Origin: an uncultured Candidatus Rokubacteria bacterium
GTDB taxonomy: Bacteria; Methylomirabilota; Methylomirabilia; Rokubacteriales; DASRDR01
DNA: 64,000 nucleotides
Reading direction: 5' to 3'
Assembly (NCBI GenBank): GCA_963708025.1
Contig: CAVPSB010000049.1
Location: forward strand, 64,001 to 128,000
Translations under genes and position numbers: made by a program
Notes under the pieces: model-generated
Seen by the model: only the letters and a program-made list of their open reading frames with translations
What the model was told of the DNA's origin: nothing
Databases searched by the model: none
Part shown: in pieces, positions 31,234 to 42,987 of the stretch
How the letters are laid out: each line of letters starts with the position of its first letter
Numbering within the stretch: position 1 is the first letter of the stretch

Positions 31234-32722
31234 GTGAATCTGGCCACGCTCGGCGAGGAGAGTCTCCGGCGGTACGGCGAGTACCCGGCGCTCGTCTTCG
31301 AGGGCCGGGAGCTGACGAACGTCGACCAGCAGCGGGCGGCCAATCGGCTCGCCCACGCCCTCGGCCGGCTCGGCGTCGCTCCGGGCGACCGCGTCGTGGT
31401 GATGCTGCCGAACTGTCCCGAGGTGCTGGAGGCCTACCGCGCCATCCTCGAGATCGGGGCCGTGGTGGTGCCGGTGATCTTCCTCCTGAGCCCGGAGGAG
31501 GTCCGCCACATCCTCGCCCACGCCGAGGCCCGCCTCCTGATCACCTCGCCCGACCTCGCCGGGAAGGCCGAGGGGTGGCCCGGCGCCCGGATCCTGGTGG
31601 GCGGCGAGGCGGCCGGCGCGCCGGCGTACGAGGAGCTGGTGGCCCGGGAGTCCGACGCGTTCACCGCGATCGACCGCGACGACCACGACCTGGCCGTGAT
31701 CCTGTACACCGCGGGAACCACCGGGCAGCCCAAGGGCGTGGCGCTCTCCCACGCGAACCTCGCCTCGAACGCGCGCGCCGCCGCCAGCGTGTACGAGCTG
31801 GACCGCCGCCAGTGGGCCCTGGCCGCCCTCCCGCTGTCCCACTCGTACGGGCTCACCCTGATGAACGCGGGGAACGTCCTCGGCACCCGGGCCGTCCTGC
31901 TCCGCTGGTTCACCCCGGAGGCCGTCCTCACCGCCATCCAGCAGTACCGCGTGCAGGCCATGTCCGGCGTGCCGACCATGTTCGTGTACCTGCTGAACTA
32001 CCCGGACGCCGAGCCGCTTCGACACCTCGTCGATGCGCGTGTGGGGCTCGGGGGCGGCGCCCTTGCCGGTCGAGCTGGTGGAGCCGTTCGAGACGAGGTT
32101 CGGCGGCCGGCTCCTCGAAGGGTACGGGCTGACCGAGGCCTCCCCCGTCGTCGCCACCCATCGCTACTCGGGCGTCCGGAAGCTCGGGTCGGTCGGCCAG
32201 CCGCTGCCCGGGGTCGAGGTGCGGATCCTCGACGACGCGGACCGCGCCCTGCCGATCGGCGAAGCCGGTGAGATCGGCGTCCGGGGCCCCAACGTGATGC
32301 TCGGCTACTACCGGATGGCGGAGGAGACTGCCGGCACCCTCCGGAACGGCTGGCTCCACACCGGCGACGTGGGACGCCTCGACGACGACGGCTTCCTCTA
32401 CATCCTGGAAAGGAAGAAGGACCTCATCATCCGCGGCGGGCTGAACGTGTACCCCCGCGAAGTCGAGGACGTGCTCTACGCCCACCCCGGGGTGGCCGAG
32501 GCCGCCGTGGTCGGCATGCCCGATCCTCTCATGGGCGAGGAGGGATGCGCGTTCGTCGTCTTGCGCGCCGGCGCCACCGCGACCCCCGAGGCGTTGATCG
32601 CCTTCTGCCAGGAACGCCTGGCCAAGTTCAAGTGCCCGAAGCAGGTGCGCTTCGTCGAGGCGCTCCCGAAGAGTCCGATCGGCAAGATCCTGCGCAAGCA
32701 GCTCCGGACTCTCGTCACCTGA
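31234..32722 (+). CDS. Long-chain acyl-CoA synthetase (AMP-binding); frameshift near 32013
   Basis: YTAGTTGQPKG, EGYGLTE, GWLHTGD, R.KDLIIRGG.NVYP.EVE, PKSPIGKI. Confidence 0.9.
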
Positions 32723-32744
32723 CCGGACGCGAGGAGGTGAACCC

Positions 32745-34374
32745 ATGAGGCTCAGCCGTCGCGACCTGCTCAAGCTCGGCGCCGCCGCGGTCGGTGGCTT
32801 CGTTCCGTCAGTGACGGACGCCCAGACCCCCAAGCGTGGCGGGACGCTCTCGGTCCGGATGTGGGACCCGCCCCACTTCGACCTGCACGCTGCCGGCGGG
32901 CTCTCCTACAAGCTCCACACGCTGATGACCTACACCCACAGCCGGCTCCTGCGGCATCGAACGGGACCCTCCGTTCAGCCCGGGACGTTCGCCGTCGAGC
33001 CCGACCTCGCGGAGTCCTGGAGCCAGCCGAACGAGACGACGTACGTCTTCAAGCTCCGGCGCGGCGTGCGCTGGCACCCCAAGCCGCCGGTGAACGGTCG
33101 CGAGCTGGTCGCCGACGACGTCGTCTACACCATCGATCGATTCCTCAGCACCAAGGGTCACGGCAACGCGCACATGCTGAGCGCCGTGGACCGGGTCGAG
33201 GCGATCGACCAGTACACGGTGAAGTTCACGCTGAAGCAGCCGTACGCCTGGTTCCTCGACACGCTGGCCAGCCCCATGGTCGTGGCCATCGTCGCCAAGG
33301 ACAGCGCGGACCGGTTCGGCGACCTCAAGAAGCCGGAGTCTTTCGTCGGCACCGGCCCCTGGATGCTCGACAGCTACCGGCCGAACCAGGGCCTCACCCT
33401 CGTGCGCCACCCCCAGTACTTCCTGGCCGGCCTGCCCCACATCGACCGCATCGAGATCACGGTCGACGAGGACAACGCCTCGCGCATCGCCTCCTTCCTC
33501 GCCGGCAAGTACGACCTCGGCTGGGCGGACGCCGCCGGCACCATCAACCGGACCGACTGGGTCCAGATCCGGGATCCGCTCAAGCAGAAGCGGCCGGGGC
33601 TCCAGACGGCGGAGTTCCCTTCCAACGTCATGTCGCACATCTCCATGCGGACGGACCAGAAGCCCTTCAGCGACGTCCGCGTCCGCCAGGCGATCTCCCA
33701 CGCCATCGACCGTCAAGGCATCATCGACGCCACCTTCGAGGGCGTCGGGGTCTTCAACGCCGCGGTGCCGGCCGCGCTCAAGGACTGGGCCTTGCCCGTC
33801 GGCCAGCTCGGCGAGGGCGTGAAGTACTTCAAGTACGATCCCGCCGAGGCCAAGCGGCTGCTGGCGGCCGCCGGCTATCCGAACGGCTTCCCGGCCAGCG
33901 CCTGCTTCACGACGTACGGCTCCACGATCCTGATCGACGGCATGCAGCTGGTCCTGAAGTACCTGAAGGACGTCGGCATCGATGCCAAGCTCGACCAGAA
34001 GGAATACGGCGCCTACATCACGACCTGCTTCTACGGGAAGTTCGACTCGATGACCTACGGGCCCCAGACGCCGTTCCTGGAGCCGGACAGCTTCCTGTAC
34101 GGCCAGTACTACCCCGGGGAGCCCCGCAACCAGAGCCACATCAGCGACCCGGTCCTGTCCGATCTGCTCGTCCGGCAGCGACGAACGATCGACCTCCCCA
34201 AGCGCCGGGAGGTCGTCCACGAGATCCAGCGCCACCTGGCCAAGCAGCAGTACTACGTGACGACGCCCTCCGGGATCTACATCGCGGTGTGGGACGGCGC
34301 CCTGAAGAACTACGGGCCGAACGTCGGCTACGACTACGGCGGGCGACTCGTGGCGAGCCTGGCTGGACCGCTAG
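32745..34374 (+). CDS. ABC transporter substrate-binding protein, peptide/nickel family 5 (Tat signal); likely indel near 34356 (true end ...AWLDR*)
   Basis: SRRDLLK; PKRGG; PDLAESW; GTGPW; PF.DVRVRQA. Confidence 0.9.
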
Positions 34375-34380
34375 CTTCCT

Positions 34381-34416
34381 CGGGGGGTCTCGGAAGACCC
34401 CCGATCCCTCCCTCGG
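34381..34416. repeat. Family 2 palindromic repeat copy
   Basis: CGGGGGGTCTCGGAAGACCCCCG after the SBP stop. Confidence 0.75.
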
Positions 34417-34468
34417 TTGCGGCGGCCAAGCCGCCGCTCGGAGCGCTTCGACGATCACGCGAGTCGAC

Positions 34469-35452
34469 ATGAGTAGTCGGCGACGTCATGGAGCATGCGA
34501 GGCCGACCTGCTGAGGCGGTATCTCGCCCGACGGCTCATGGTCGCGATCCCGTCGCTGCTGATCGCGTCGCTCGTCGTCTTCGCGCTGCCGCGGCTGATC
34601 CCGGGCGACGTCGTCGCCCTCATGCTCGAGGAGAAGGCGTACGCCCGCGACCTCGCCGAGCTGCGGGCCAGGCTCGGCCTCGACCGGCCGCTCCCCGTCC
34701 AGTACGTCGAGTGGCTCGGGCGCGTGCTGCGCGGCGACCTGGGAGAGTCGCTCTGGACCAAGCGCCCCGTCGTCGAGGAGCTGGCCCGGAGGCTGCCCCT
34801 GACTCTCGAGCTCTCGCTCCTGGCCACCGTGTTCGCGGTCCTGATCGCGGTCCCGGTCGGCGTCGTCTCCGCGACCCGCCAGGACACCCTCCAGGACTAC
34901 GCCGCCCGCAGCACCGCGGTCCTGGGGCTCTCGATTCCCAGCTTCTGGCTGGCGACGCTGGTGATCGTGCTGCCGGCGATCTGGTGGGGCTGGCGGCCCG
35001 TCAGCGGCTTCGTCGAGTTCTCGCAAGCCCCCCTCACCAATCTCGGCCAGCTCCTGCTGCCCGCCCTCATCCTGGGCCTGGCGTCCGCGGCGGCCCTGAT
35101 GCGCCTGATCCGGGGCATGCTGCTCGAGGTCCTCCGCCAGGACTACGTCCGGACCGCGTGGGCGAAAGGCCTGCGTGAGCGCGTGGTCGTCCTCAAGCAC
35201 AGTCTCCGGAATGCGGTCATCCCGGTCATCACCGTGCTGGGCATCCAGATCGCGCAGGTTCTCGGCGGCACGGTCATCATCGAGACGATCTTCGGCCTCC
35301 CCGGCGTGAGCCGCTTCCTCTTCGACGCCATCAACCAGCGCGACTACCCGGTCATCCAGGGCGTCAACCTGGTCGTCGTCTCGCTGATCGTCCTGATCAA
35401 CCTCGTCGTCGACGCCGTCTATGCCGTCCTCGACCCCCGCATCCGCTACTAG
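34469..35452 (+). CDS. Peptide-type ABC transporter permease (DppB-like); exact start uncertain (34469-34538)
   Basis: PGD, LGLDRPL.VQY..W, GDLG.S, R..MLEVL.QDYVRTA.AKGL, RDYPVIQG, LDPRIRY. Confidence 0.92.
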   Translation: MSSRRRHGACEADLLRRYLARRLMVAIPSLLIASLVVFALPRLIPGDVVALMLEEKAYARDLAELRARLGLDRPLPVQYVEWLGRVLRGDLGESLWTKRPVVEELARRLPLTLELSLLATVFAVLIAVPVGVVSATRQDTLQDYAARSTAVLGLSIPSFWLATLVIVLPAIWWGWRPVSGFVEFSQAPLTNLGQLLLPALILGLASAAALMRLIRGMLLEVLRQDYVRTAWAKGLRERVVVLKHSLRNAVIPVITVLGIQIAQVLGGTVIIETIFGLPGVSRFLFDAINQRDYPVIQGVNLVVVSLIVLINLVVDAVYAVLDPRIRY

Positions 35453-35557
35453 TGCCGTTCCAACTACATGAGCCAAGATAGGCATGCGATTCTTGAAGCG
35501 CACGGATCTGCCGCATCCCTCGAAGGCATCGGCCGAAACAAGTTGGAACGGCACTAG
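35449..35557. mobile_element. 109-bp MITE with perfect 17-bp terminal inverted repeats
   Basis: CTAGTGCCGTTCCAACT (35449-35465) ... AGTTGGAACGGCACTAG (35541-35557); lower-GC interior; no transposase. Confidence 0.8.
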
Positions 35558-36440
35558 GCTCGCCGACCCGGCACCGACGCTGCCGGGCCTGGTCGGCCGC
35601 ACGCTCCGCCTCGTCGGCTGGTTCGTCCGAAAGAAGCCCCTGGGGGCCCTCGGCGGGGCGATCGTCGTGGCGATGCTCGTCATGGCGGCCGGCGCCGAGT
35701 GGATCGCCCCCTACGGCTACGACGAGATGATCCGGGGCGCGCGGATGAAGCCGCCCGGCCTCTCCCACTGGCTGGGAACCGACAACCTGAGCCGCGACCT
35801 CTGGAGCCGCATCGTCTACGGCGCGCGCGTCTCGGTGACGGTGGGCTTCGCCACCATCGCGCTCGGGACCGTGTGCGCCACCGCGATCGGCGTCTCCAGC
35901 GGGTACTTCGGCGGGGTCTACGATCTCCTCGTCCAGCGCGTGGTGGACGCGTGGATGTCGTTCCCCTACCTGGTGATCGTGCTGTCGGTGATGGCGGTCC
36001 TGGGACCCGGGCTGACCAACGTGATCCTGTCGCTGTCCATCATCGTCACGGCGACCAGCTCGCGGGTCATCCGCGGCGCGACCATCGCCGTCGCCCAGCA
36101 CTCCTACGTCGAGGCCGGCCGGGCCATCGGCTGCGGGCACGGTCGGATCGTCCTCCGCTACATCCTGCCGGGCGTCGTCCCGACCGTCATCATCCTGGCC
36201 ACCATCGGGCTGGGCGGCGTGATCCTCGCCGAGTCGGCGCTCTCGTTCCTCGGCTTCGGCGTTCCCCCGCCCTACCCGTCGTGGGGAGCCATGCTGGCGG
36301 GCTCCGGTCGGACCTACATGCTGCGGGCGCCGTGGATGGCGATCTGGCCCGGCGCCGCCATCTCGCTGGCGGTCTTCGGCTTCAACATGCTGGGCGATGC
36401 GCTGCGGGACGTCCTCGACCCGAGACTGCGCGGCGGCTGA
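35484..36440 (+). CDS. Peptide-type ABC transporter permease (DppC-like); start uncertain
   Basis: HWLGTD.L.RD..SR..YGAR.S, YVEA..A.G, AESALSFLG.G, SWG.ML, GDALRD.LDPR. Confidence 0.92.
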   Translation: MRFLKRTDLPHPSKASAETSWNGTRLADPAPTLPGLVGRTLRLVGWFVRKKPLGALGGAIVVAMLVMAAGAEWIAPYGYDEMIRGARMKPPGLSHWLGTDNLSRDLWSRIVYGARVSVTVGFATIALGTVCATAIGVSSGYFGGVYDLLVQRVVDAWMSFPYLVIVLSVMAVLGPGLTNVILSLSIIVTATSSRVIRGATIAVAQHSYVEAGRAIGCGHGRIVLRYILPGVVPTVIILATIGLGGVILAESALSFLGFGVPPPYPSWGAMLAGSGRTYMLRAPWMAIWPGAAISLAVFGFNMLGDALRDVLDPRLRGG

Positions 36441-36483
36441 CCCGCGGAAGTCACTTCGGGCGGCCCCATCGCTCCCCTCGCGC

Positions 36484-37273
36484 TCATCTCCGCGGCCGGC
36501 CGCCGCCGGGGAAGAGCGGGACGGGGTAGCGCACGCTGAGGAGATGCAGCCCGTGGGCCGGCGCCGTCGGCCCGGCCCGCCGCCGATCGCGCCCGGCCAG
36601 GACGTCGGCGACCCAGTTCGACCGGCCGGCGGCCCTCCCCGACCTCGAGCAGCGTGCCGACGAGGTTCCGCACCATGTGGTGGAGGAACGCGTCCGCCGA
36701 GACGAAGACGCCCACCAGGTCGCCTCGCGCCACCAGGCGCAGCGCGTACACGCGGCAGACGGGCGATCGATCCCGACCGGCCGCGGCCTGGAAGGCCGAG
36801 AAGTCGTGCTTGCCCCGAAATGTCTGCAGGGCGGCCGCCATCGCGGCGAGGTCCAGGGGCCGGGAACGGTGGCACGTGTAGCCGCGCAGGAACGGCGAGG
36901 CGACCGGCCCCCGGCCGATCAGGTAGCCGTAGCGCTTGAGGCGCGCCGAGCGCCGGGCGTCGAAGCCTCGGGGGGCGGCCCGGGCGGCCAGGACGCGGAT
37001 GTCGCGAGGCAGCGTCGCGTTGAGCGCGGCCTGAACGACCGCCGGCGCCAGCGCCTTCTCGGCGTGGACGCTCGCGACCTGGCCGAGCGCGTGCACCCCG
37101 GCGTCGGTGCGGCTGGCCCCCGTCAGCCGCACGGGCCCACCGGCCAGCGGTGTCAGGGCGTCGCCGACGACCCCCTGAACCGTCCGGGTGTCGGCCTGCA
37201 CCTGCCAGCCGTGGTAGGCGGCGCCGTCGTAGGCCAGCAGGAGCGCGAGGGGCGTCGGGCCAGGGTCCGGCAC
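36484..37273 (-). CDS. truA: tRNA pseudouridine(38-40) synthase; frameshift near 36617
   Basis: [38 protein letters not shown], then shifted [13 protein letters not shown]. Confidence 0.92.
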
Positions 37274-37324
37274 CGGGCCTTCAGCCAGGGCTCCTCCCCC
37301 GGACGGGAGAGCGCGTGAAGGAGG

Positions 37325-37504
37325 TCACACGCGTGGCGAGCCGATCAGCAGCTCGGCGATCTGGACGGCGTTCGTCGCCGCCCCTTTGTGGAGCTGGTCG
37401 CCCACGACCCAGATGTTGAGGGCCCGGTCGAGGGAGAGGTCCTGGCGAATCCGTCCCACCACGCAGTCGTCCTACCCCTCGACGATCACCGGCATCGGGA
37501 GTAC
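37325..37504 (-). pseudogene. asd: C-terminal remnant of aspartate-semialdehyde dehydrogenase with in-frame TAG
   Basis: Manual translation [50 protein letters not shown]; sits in the leuB-asd-truA position. Confidence 0.85.
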
Positions 37505-37637
37505 GCCGAGGGTCGGCGACGACCGAGGACGACCATTGGTCGGGACGGACGCCCCCAGGCCGAAGGCCGTCCGATCGACGCAGGCCGAGCGCGTTCCCCC
37601 CGAGATGAAGGTTGCGACGCTCATCGCCCCCGCCCCG

Positions 37638-38724
37638 TTAGGAGTAGAGGGCTTCCAGCTCGCGGATCACCCGGTCGCCCATCTGCGTGGTGCCCACGAG
37701 GGTGGTCCCCGGCGCGTGGATGTCCCGGGTCCGGTAGCCCGCGGCCAGCGTCCGCTCCACGGCCTGCTCGACCCGCTCGGCCTCCTGGGGTAGGCCGAGC
37801 GAATGGCGGAGGAGCATCCCCACCGAGAGGATCGCCGCCAGCGGGTTGGCGATTCCCTTCCCGGCGATGTCGGGCGCCGTGCCGTGGATGGGCTCGTAGA
37901 GCCCGATGCGTCCCACCGAGGCTCGCCGACGGCAGCATCCCCATCGACCCCGCGATGATCGCCGCCTCGTCCGACAGGATGTCGCCGAAGGTGTTCTCGG
38001 TCACGATCGTGTCGAAGCGTCGCGGCTCGGCCACCAGGGCCATCGCGCAGTTGTCCACCAGGAGGTGATCGAGGGCCACGTCCGGATAGGCCTTGCCGAC
38101 CTCGCCGACCACCTCGCGCCAGAGCTGGGACACGACCAGCACGTTCGACTTGTCCACCGAGGTCAGTCGCCGCCGCCGGCCCCGCGCCACCTGGAAGGCG
38201 AGGTGGGCGATCCGCTCGATCTCGGCCACGGTGTAGACCATCGTGTTCACGCCGCGCCGGCCGGGGCCGCTCCCCTCGATCCCCCGCGGCTCGCCGAAGT
38301 AGAGGCCCCCGGTCAGCTCGCGGATGACCATCAGGTCGGCCCCCTCGACGACCTCCCGCTTGAGGGGCGAGCTGTCCACCAGCATCGGGTACAGGCGCGC
38401 CGGCCGCAGGTTGGCGTAGAGGTCGAGGGCCTTCCGGATCCGGAGGATGCCGGCCTCGGGGCGCTCGCCCGGACGCAGGTGATCCCACTTCGGCCCGCCG
38501 ACCGCGCCGAACAGGATCGCCTGGCTCTCCCGGCAGAGGCGGAGGGTGGCGTCGGGGAGCGGGGTGCCGAGGGCGTCGATGGCCGCCCCCCCGATGATGC
38601 CCTCCTCCAGCTCGAACCCGACCCCGGCGCCCTTGCCGACCGCCTGGAGCACGCGCACCGCTTCCCGGATGACCTCGACCCCGATCCCGTCGCCGGGGAG
38701 GACCGCGATCCGGTGGCTGGCCAT
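37638..38724 (-). CDS. leuB: 3-isopropylmalate dehydrogenase; frameshift near 37910
   Basis: [42 protein letters not shown], then [19 protein letters not shown]. Confidence 0.93.
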
Positions 38725-38725
38725 G

Positions 38726-40297
38726 CTAGGGACCGACCTCCTTCACCTGGGTCGCCGCCGCCGGTCGCACCAGCCGGTTGATCGCGTGGAGGTACGCGCG
38801 GGCGCTGGCCTCGATGACGTCGGTGGAGGAGCCCTTCCCGGACACGATGGTGCCGTCGAAGTCCACCTTGACCGAGACCTCGCCCATCGCGTCCCGGCCC
38901 TGGGTGACGGCCCGCAGGTTGTAGTCGAGAAGGCGGCCCTTGGTCCCGGTGATGGCCTCGATCGCGTTGTACGTGGCCTCCACCGGCCCGTCTCCCGTGC
39001 CGGAGTCCTGGAAGGTCTGGCCCTCCCGTTGCAGCCGGACGGTAGCCGAGGGGATCAGGCCGGTGCCGGAGACGAAGTGGAGGTAGTCCAGCGTGAACGT
39101 CTCGGCGACCTGGGTCAGCTCGTCGCTCACGATCGCCAGCAGGTCCTCGTCGTAGACCTCCTTCTTCTTGTCGGCGAGGTCCTTGAAGCGCCGGAACGCT
39201 TTGTCCAGCTCGGCCCCTTCGAGGTCCACCCCGAGGTCCTTGAGGCGGATCTTGAACGCGTGGCGGCCGGAGTGCTTGCCGAGAACCAGCTTGTTCGAGC
39301 TCCGGCCGATGTCCTCCGGCCGCATGATCTCGTAGGTAAGCTTCTCCTTCAGCACGCCGTCCTGGTGGATGCCCGCCTCGTGGGCGAAGGCGTTCTCGCC
39401 CACCACGGCCTTGTTCGGCTGGACGTGGACGCCGGTGATGTGCGACAGGAGCTTGGAGCTGCGGTAGATCTCCTCGGTCCGGACCAGGGTGTCGATGCCG
39501 AAGAAGTCCTGGCGGGTGCGGAGCGCCATCACGATCTCCTCGAGGGAGGCGTTTCCGGCGCGCTCGCCGATGCCGTTGACGGTGCACTCCACCTGCCGCG
39601 CCCCGTTCTGGATGGCGACCAGGGAGTTGGCCACCGCCTGCCCGAGGTCGTTGTGGCAGTGCACCGAGATGACGGCCCGGTGGCTGTTCTTCACCCGCTC
39701 CCGGATCCGGGCGATCCGCTCCCCCCACTCGCGGGGCATCGCGTAACCGACGGTGTCCGGGATGTTGATCGTGCGGGCGCCGGCGTCGATCACCGCCTCC
39801 AGCACCTCACACATGTAGTCGAAATCCGACCGGGAGGCGTCCTCGGGAGAGAACTCGACGTCGTCGCAGTACCCCCGGGCGTGCTTGACGGCCTCGACGG
39901 CCGCCTTGAGGACCTCGGCCCGTGACTTCCGGAGCTTGTACTTCAGGTGGATGTCCGAGGTGGCGACGAAGGTGTGGATGCGCGGCCTCGTCGCGTGCTT
40001 CACCGCTTCCCAGCACCGGTCGATGTCGCCGAGCCCGACCCGGCTGAGGCCGCAGATCGACGGCGCGTGCTCGAGCTGGCCGACGGTCTTCGCCACCTCG
40101 CTGACCGCCTCGAAGTCCTCCTCGGATGAGATGGGGAACCCGGCCTCGATGACGTCGACCCCGAGCCGCGCCAGCTGGCGGGCCATCTCCAGCTTCTCGA
40201 CGACGTTCATCGAGAACCCCGGGGCCTGCTCGCCGTCTCGGAGGGTGGTGTCGAAGATGATCACCCGGTCGCCAGCGATGGAGCGTGCGTCGGACAT
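38726..40297 (-). CDS. leuA: 2-isopropylmalate synthase
   Basis: [41 protein letters not shown], regulatory domain GDGPV. Confidence 0.96.
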   Translation of the reverse strand: MSDARSIAGDRVIIFDTTLRDGEQAPGFSMNVVEKLEMARQLARLGVDVIEAGFPISSEEDFEAVSEVAKTVGQLEHAPSICGLSRVGLGDIDRCWEAVKHATRPRIHTFVATSDIHLKYKLRKSRAEVLKAAVEAVKHARGYCDDVEFSPEDASRSDFDYMCEVLEAVIDAGARTINIPDTVGYAMPREWGERIARIRERVKNSHRAVISVHCHNDLGQAVANSLVAIQNGARQVECTVNGIGERAGNASLEEIVMALRTRQDFFGIDTLVRTEEIYRSSKLLSHITGVHVQPNKAVVGENAFAHEAGIHQDGVLKEKLTYEIMRPEDIGRSSNKLVLGKHSGRHAFKIRLKDLGVDLEGAELDKAFRRFKDLADKKKEVYDEDLLAIVSDELTQVAETFTLDYLHFVSGTGLIPSATVRLQREGQTFQDSGTGDGPVEATYNAIEAITGTKGRLLDYNLRAVTQGRDAMGEVSVKVDFDGTIVSGKGSSTDVIEASARAYLHAINRLVRPAAATQVKEVGP

Positions 40298-40323
40298 GGT
40301 CGGCTCTCCTTGGTATTCGGGCA

Positions 40324-41139
40324 CTATGACGCCTCACCACCGGGGCTCGCGCCCGGGGTGGCCTCGCGGAGGACGCGCGGTGGCGCCGGCTCTCGCCTTC
40401 TCAGGAGGAGCCGCCGGACAGGCCCCGACAGCGCGTAGGCCGTGAAGGCGAGGAAGAGGAACAGCTGGGGGTGGGCGGCCACGATGAGCACGGCCAGGAC
40501 GACCACCAGCAGGACTCCGAATGCGTGGCGCCGGGCGAGGGCCGGCCCCTTGAAGGAGTAGTAACGGATGTTCGAGACCATCAGGAACGCCAGGAGATAG
40601 GTGGCGCAGGCGAGCGCGAACAGCTCGGCCCGCCCAAACTCCACGACGCCCAAGAACAGCACCATGGAGGCCACCGTCCCGGCCGCGCCGGGAATCGGGA
40701 GGCCGATGAAGTAGCGCCGGTCGGTGACGCCGGTGAGCACGTTGAAGCGCGCCAGCCGGAGGGCCCCGCAGATCACGTAGAGGAAAGCCGCCCCGGCCCC
40801 CACCCGCCCGAGAGGCGCCAGGGCCCACGAGTACAGCAGGAAGCCCGGCGCGACGCCGAACGAGACCACGTCGGCGAGCGAGTCGAACTCCACGCCGAAC
40901 TGCGTGGTCGTGCGCGTGAGGCGGGCGACCTTGCCGTCGAGGACGTCCATCACCATCGCCACGAACAGGGCGAGCGCCGCCCACTCGTGCCGGCCCTCGT
41001 GCGTGAGCACGATCGCGTAGAAGCCGCACAGCAGGTTGCCGGTCGTCAGGAGGCCAGGCAGCAGGAAGATGGTCTGCCGCCGGCGCTCCCGCAGCTCCGA
41101 CCAGCGCCGCCGCCGCAGTCCGACCGGACGCCGCCTCAT
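40324..41139 (-). CDS. pssA: CDP-diacylglycerol--serine O-phosphatidyltransferase
   Basis: D.LDG.VAR...FG.EFDSLAD..SFG.AP, LRLARFN, F.GLP.P. Confidence 0.93.
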   Translation of the reverse strand: MRRRPVGLRRRRWSELRERRRQTIFLLPGLLTTGNLLCGFYAIVLTHEGRHEWAALALFVAMVMDVLDGKVARLTRTTTQFGVEFDSLADVVSFGVAPGFLLYSWALAPLGRVGAGAAFLYVICGALRLARFNVLTGVTDRRYFIGLPIPGAAGTVASMVLFLGVVEFGRAELFALACATYLLAFLMVSNIRYYSFKGPALARRHAFGVLLVVVLAVLIVAAHPQLFLFLAFTAYALSGPVRRLLLRRREPAPPRVLREATPGASPGGEAS

Positions 41140-41194
41140 TCGGGTACTTCCGGCAGGGGGGGAGTCCCAACCACTCCCCCCCTGGACCCCCCCA

Positions 41195-41253
41195 CCTGGG
41201 GGCCGGTCGCGATCGCCTGGGGGTCGGTCGCGATCGCCTGGGGGTCGGTCGCG
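41195..41253. repeat. Tandem 21-bp repeat (~2.8 copies) next to a G/C hairpin
   Basis: CCTGGGGG(C/T)CGGTCGCGATCG repeated between psd and pssA; hairpin CAGGGGGGGAGT...ACTCCCCCCCTG at ~41154-41184. Confidence 0.75.
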
Positions 41254-41269
41254 CGTCGGACTCGGAATC

Positions 41270-41950
41270 TCACTCGAGGACCGCCAGGACGGTCTCGCCG
41301 GCCCGGACCCGGTCACCGACCCGCACGGTGACCCGGGCCCGCTCGGGCATCACGACATCCATCCGGGACCCGAACCTGATCAGGCCGAACCGCTCCCCGG
41401 CCTCGACGACGTCGCCCGGCTCGACCCGGCAGACGATCCGCCGCGCCAGGACGCCCACGACCTGGCGCATGACCACCCGGCCCGTCTCGCCCTCCAGGGC
41501 GACCCGCACGCTGTGGTTTCCCTCGGCCTCCGGCCGGTAGGCCGCCGCGAACCCGCCCGGGCAGCGCTCGACGCTGGCCACCCGCCCGCTGATCGCCACC
41601 CGGTTCACGTGGACGTCGAGCGGCGAGAGGAAGATCACGACCCGCCGGGCCGGCCCCACGAACGCATCCTCGACCCCCGCGCGCACCTCGGTCACCCGCC
41701 CGTCGGCCGGGGCCAGGACCGCCCCCGCCGTCGCCGGCGGCGTGCGATCCGGGTCACGGAAGAAGAACGCCATGAAAGCGGCCAGCCCGGCGGGAAGGAC
41801 CGCCGTCTTGCGCCAGCCGAGCCCCGCCATCCCCAGCGCCAGCGCGAGGGGTACCAGGATGAATGGCCAGCCGTCGGCGGCGATCGGCAGCTTCGGGGCC
41901 GGGGACCCGGGACGCGGGGAGCGGGCGGCGGCGCGCGCGGCTTCCGGCAT
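41270..41950 (-). CDS. psd: Phosphatidylserine decarboxylase proenzyme
   Basis: FFRDPDR, APADG, IFLSP.DVHVNR, ARRI, FGSR cleavage motif. Confidence 0.93.
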   Translation of the reverse strand: MPEAARAAARSPRPGSPAPKLPIAADGWPFILVPLALALGMAGLGWRKTAVLPAGLAAFMAFFFRDPDRTPPATAGAVLAPADGRVTEVRAGVEDAFVGPARRVVIFLSPLDVHVNRVAISGRVASVERCPGGFAAAYRPEAEGNHSVRVALEGETGRVVMRQVVGVLARRIVCRVEPGDVVEAGERFGLIRFGSRMDVVMPERARVTVRVGDRVRAGETVLAVLE

Positions 41951-41968
41951 CGGCCCTTCCGGTACCTC

Positions 41969-42973
41969 CTACATCCGGGGCGGCTTGATCCAGCTCATCA
42001 TCGAGCGGAGCCGCTGGCCCACCTCTTCGATCTGGTGGTCCGCCTCCACCCGGCGCATGGCCAGGAAGCCGGCCCGGTTGGCCTGGTTCTCCAGGACCCA
42101 CTCGCGGGCGAACTGCCCGGACTGGATCTCCCGGAGGATCTTCCGCATCTCGGCCCGGGTCTCGTCGGTGACGATGCGGGGACCCCGGGTGTAGTCGCCG
42201 TACTCGGCGGTGTCCGAGACCGAGTAGCGCATGTAGGCCAGGCCGCCCTGGTAGAAGAGGTCCACGATCAGCTTCATCTCGTGCATGCACTCGAAGTACG
42301 CCACCTCGGGCTGATACCCGGCGGCGACGAGGGTCTCGAAGCCGGCCTTGATCAGCGCGGACACGCCGCCACAGAGCACCGTCTGCTCGCCGAACAGGTC
42401 GGTCTCCGTCTCTTCCTTGAAGGTGGTTTCGATGACGCCGGCCCGGGTGCACCCCACGCCCCTGCCGTAGGCGAGCGCGAGCTCGCGGGCCTTGCCGGAG
42501 ACGTCCTGGTGCACGGCGATGAGGGCCGGCACCCCCGGGCCCTGGGTGAAGAGGTCCCGCATGATGTGGCCGGGCGCCTTGGGGGCGATCATCGAGACGT
42601 CGACGTCCGGCGGCGGGACGATCTGGTTGAAGTGGATCGAGAAGCCGTGCGCCACCATCAGCATCTTGCCCTTGGTGAGGGCGCCCCGGATCGACTCCTC
42701 GAAGACGGCCCGATGGGTCTGGTCGGGCAGCAGGATCATCACGACATCCGCCATCTGGGCGGCGTCGGCGACGCTGGCGACCCGGAGCCCATCCTTCTCG
42801 GCCTTGGCCCAGCTCTTGGAGCCCTTGTAGAGCGCGACCACCACGTCCAGGCCCGAGTCCTTGAGGTTCAGCGCGTGGGCGTGGCCCTGGCTGCCGTACC
42901 CGACGATGGCGATCTTCCTGCCCTTGAGCAGCGAGAGATCCGCGTCCTGATCGTAGTAGATCCGGGCGGGCAT
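41969..42973 (-). CDS. ilvC: Ketol-acid reductoisomerase
   Basis: [42 protein letters not shown]. Confidence 0.97.
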   Translation of the reverse strand: MPARIYYDQDADLSLLKGRKIAIVGYGSQGHAHALNLKDSGLDVVVALYKGSKSWAKAEKDGLRVASVADAAQMADVVMILLPDQTHRAVFEESIRGALTKGKMLMVAHGFSIHFNQIVPPPDVDVSMIAPKAPGHIMRDLFTQGPGVPALIAVHQDVSGKARELALAYGRGVGCTRAGVIETTFKEETETDLFGEQTVLCGGVSALIKAGFETLVAAGYQPEVAYFECMHEMKLIVDLFYQGGLAYMRYSVSDTAEYGDYTRGPRIVTDETRAEMRKILREIQSGQFAREWVLENQANRAGFLAMRRVEADHQIEEVGQRLRSMMSWIKPPRM

Positions 42974-42987
42974 CCGTGCGCCTCCTT

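Noticed and set aside
37470-37476. In-frame TAG in the asd stub as pyrrolysine or read-through
   Set aside because: The gene is already missing most of its length and no pyl genes are seen; simple decay explains it.
41195-41253. CRISPR-like array
   Set aside because: Adjacent tandem 21-mers without unique spacers; no cas genes.
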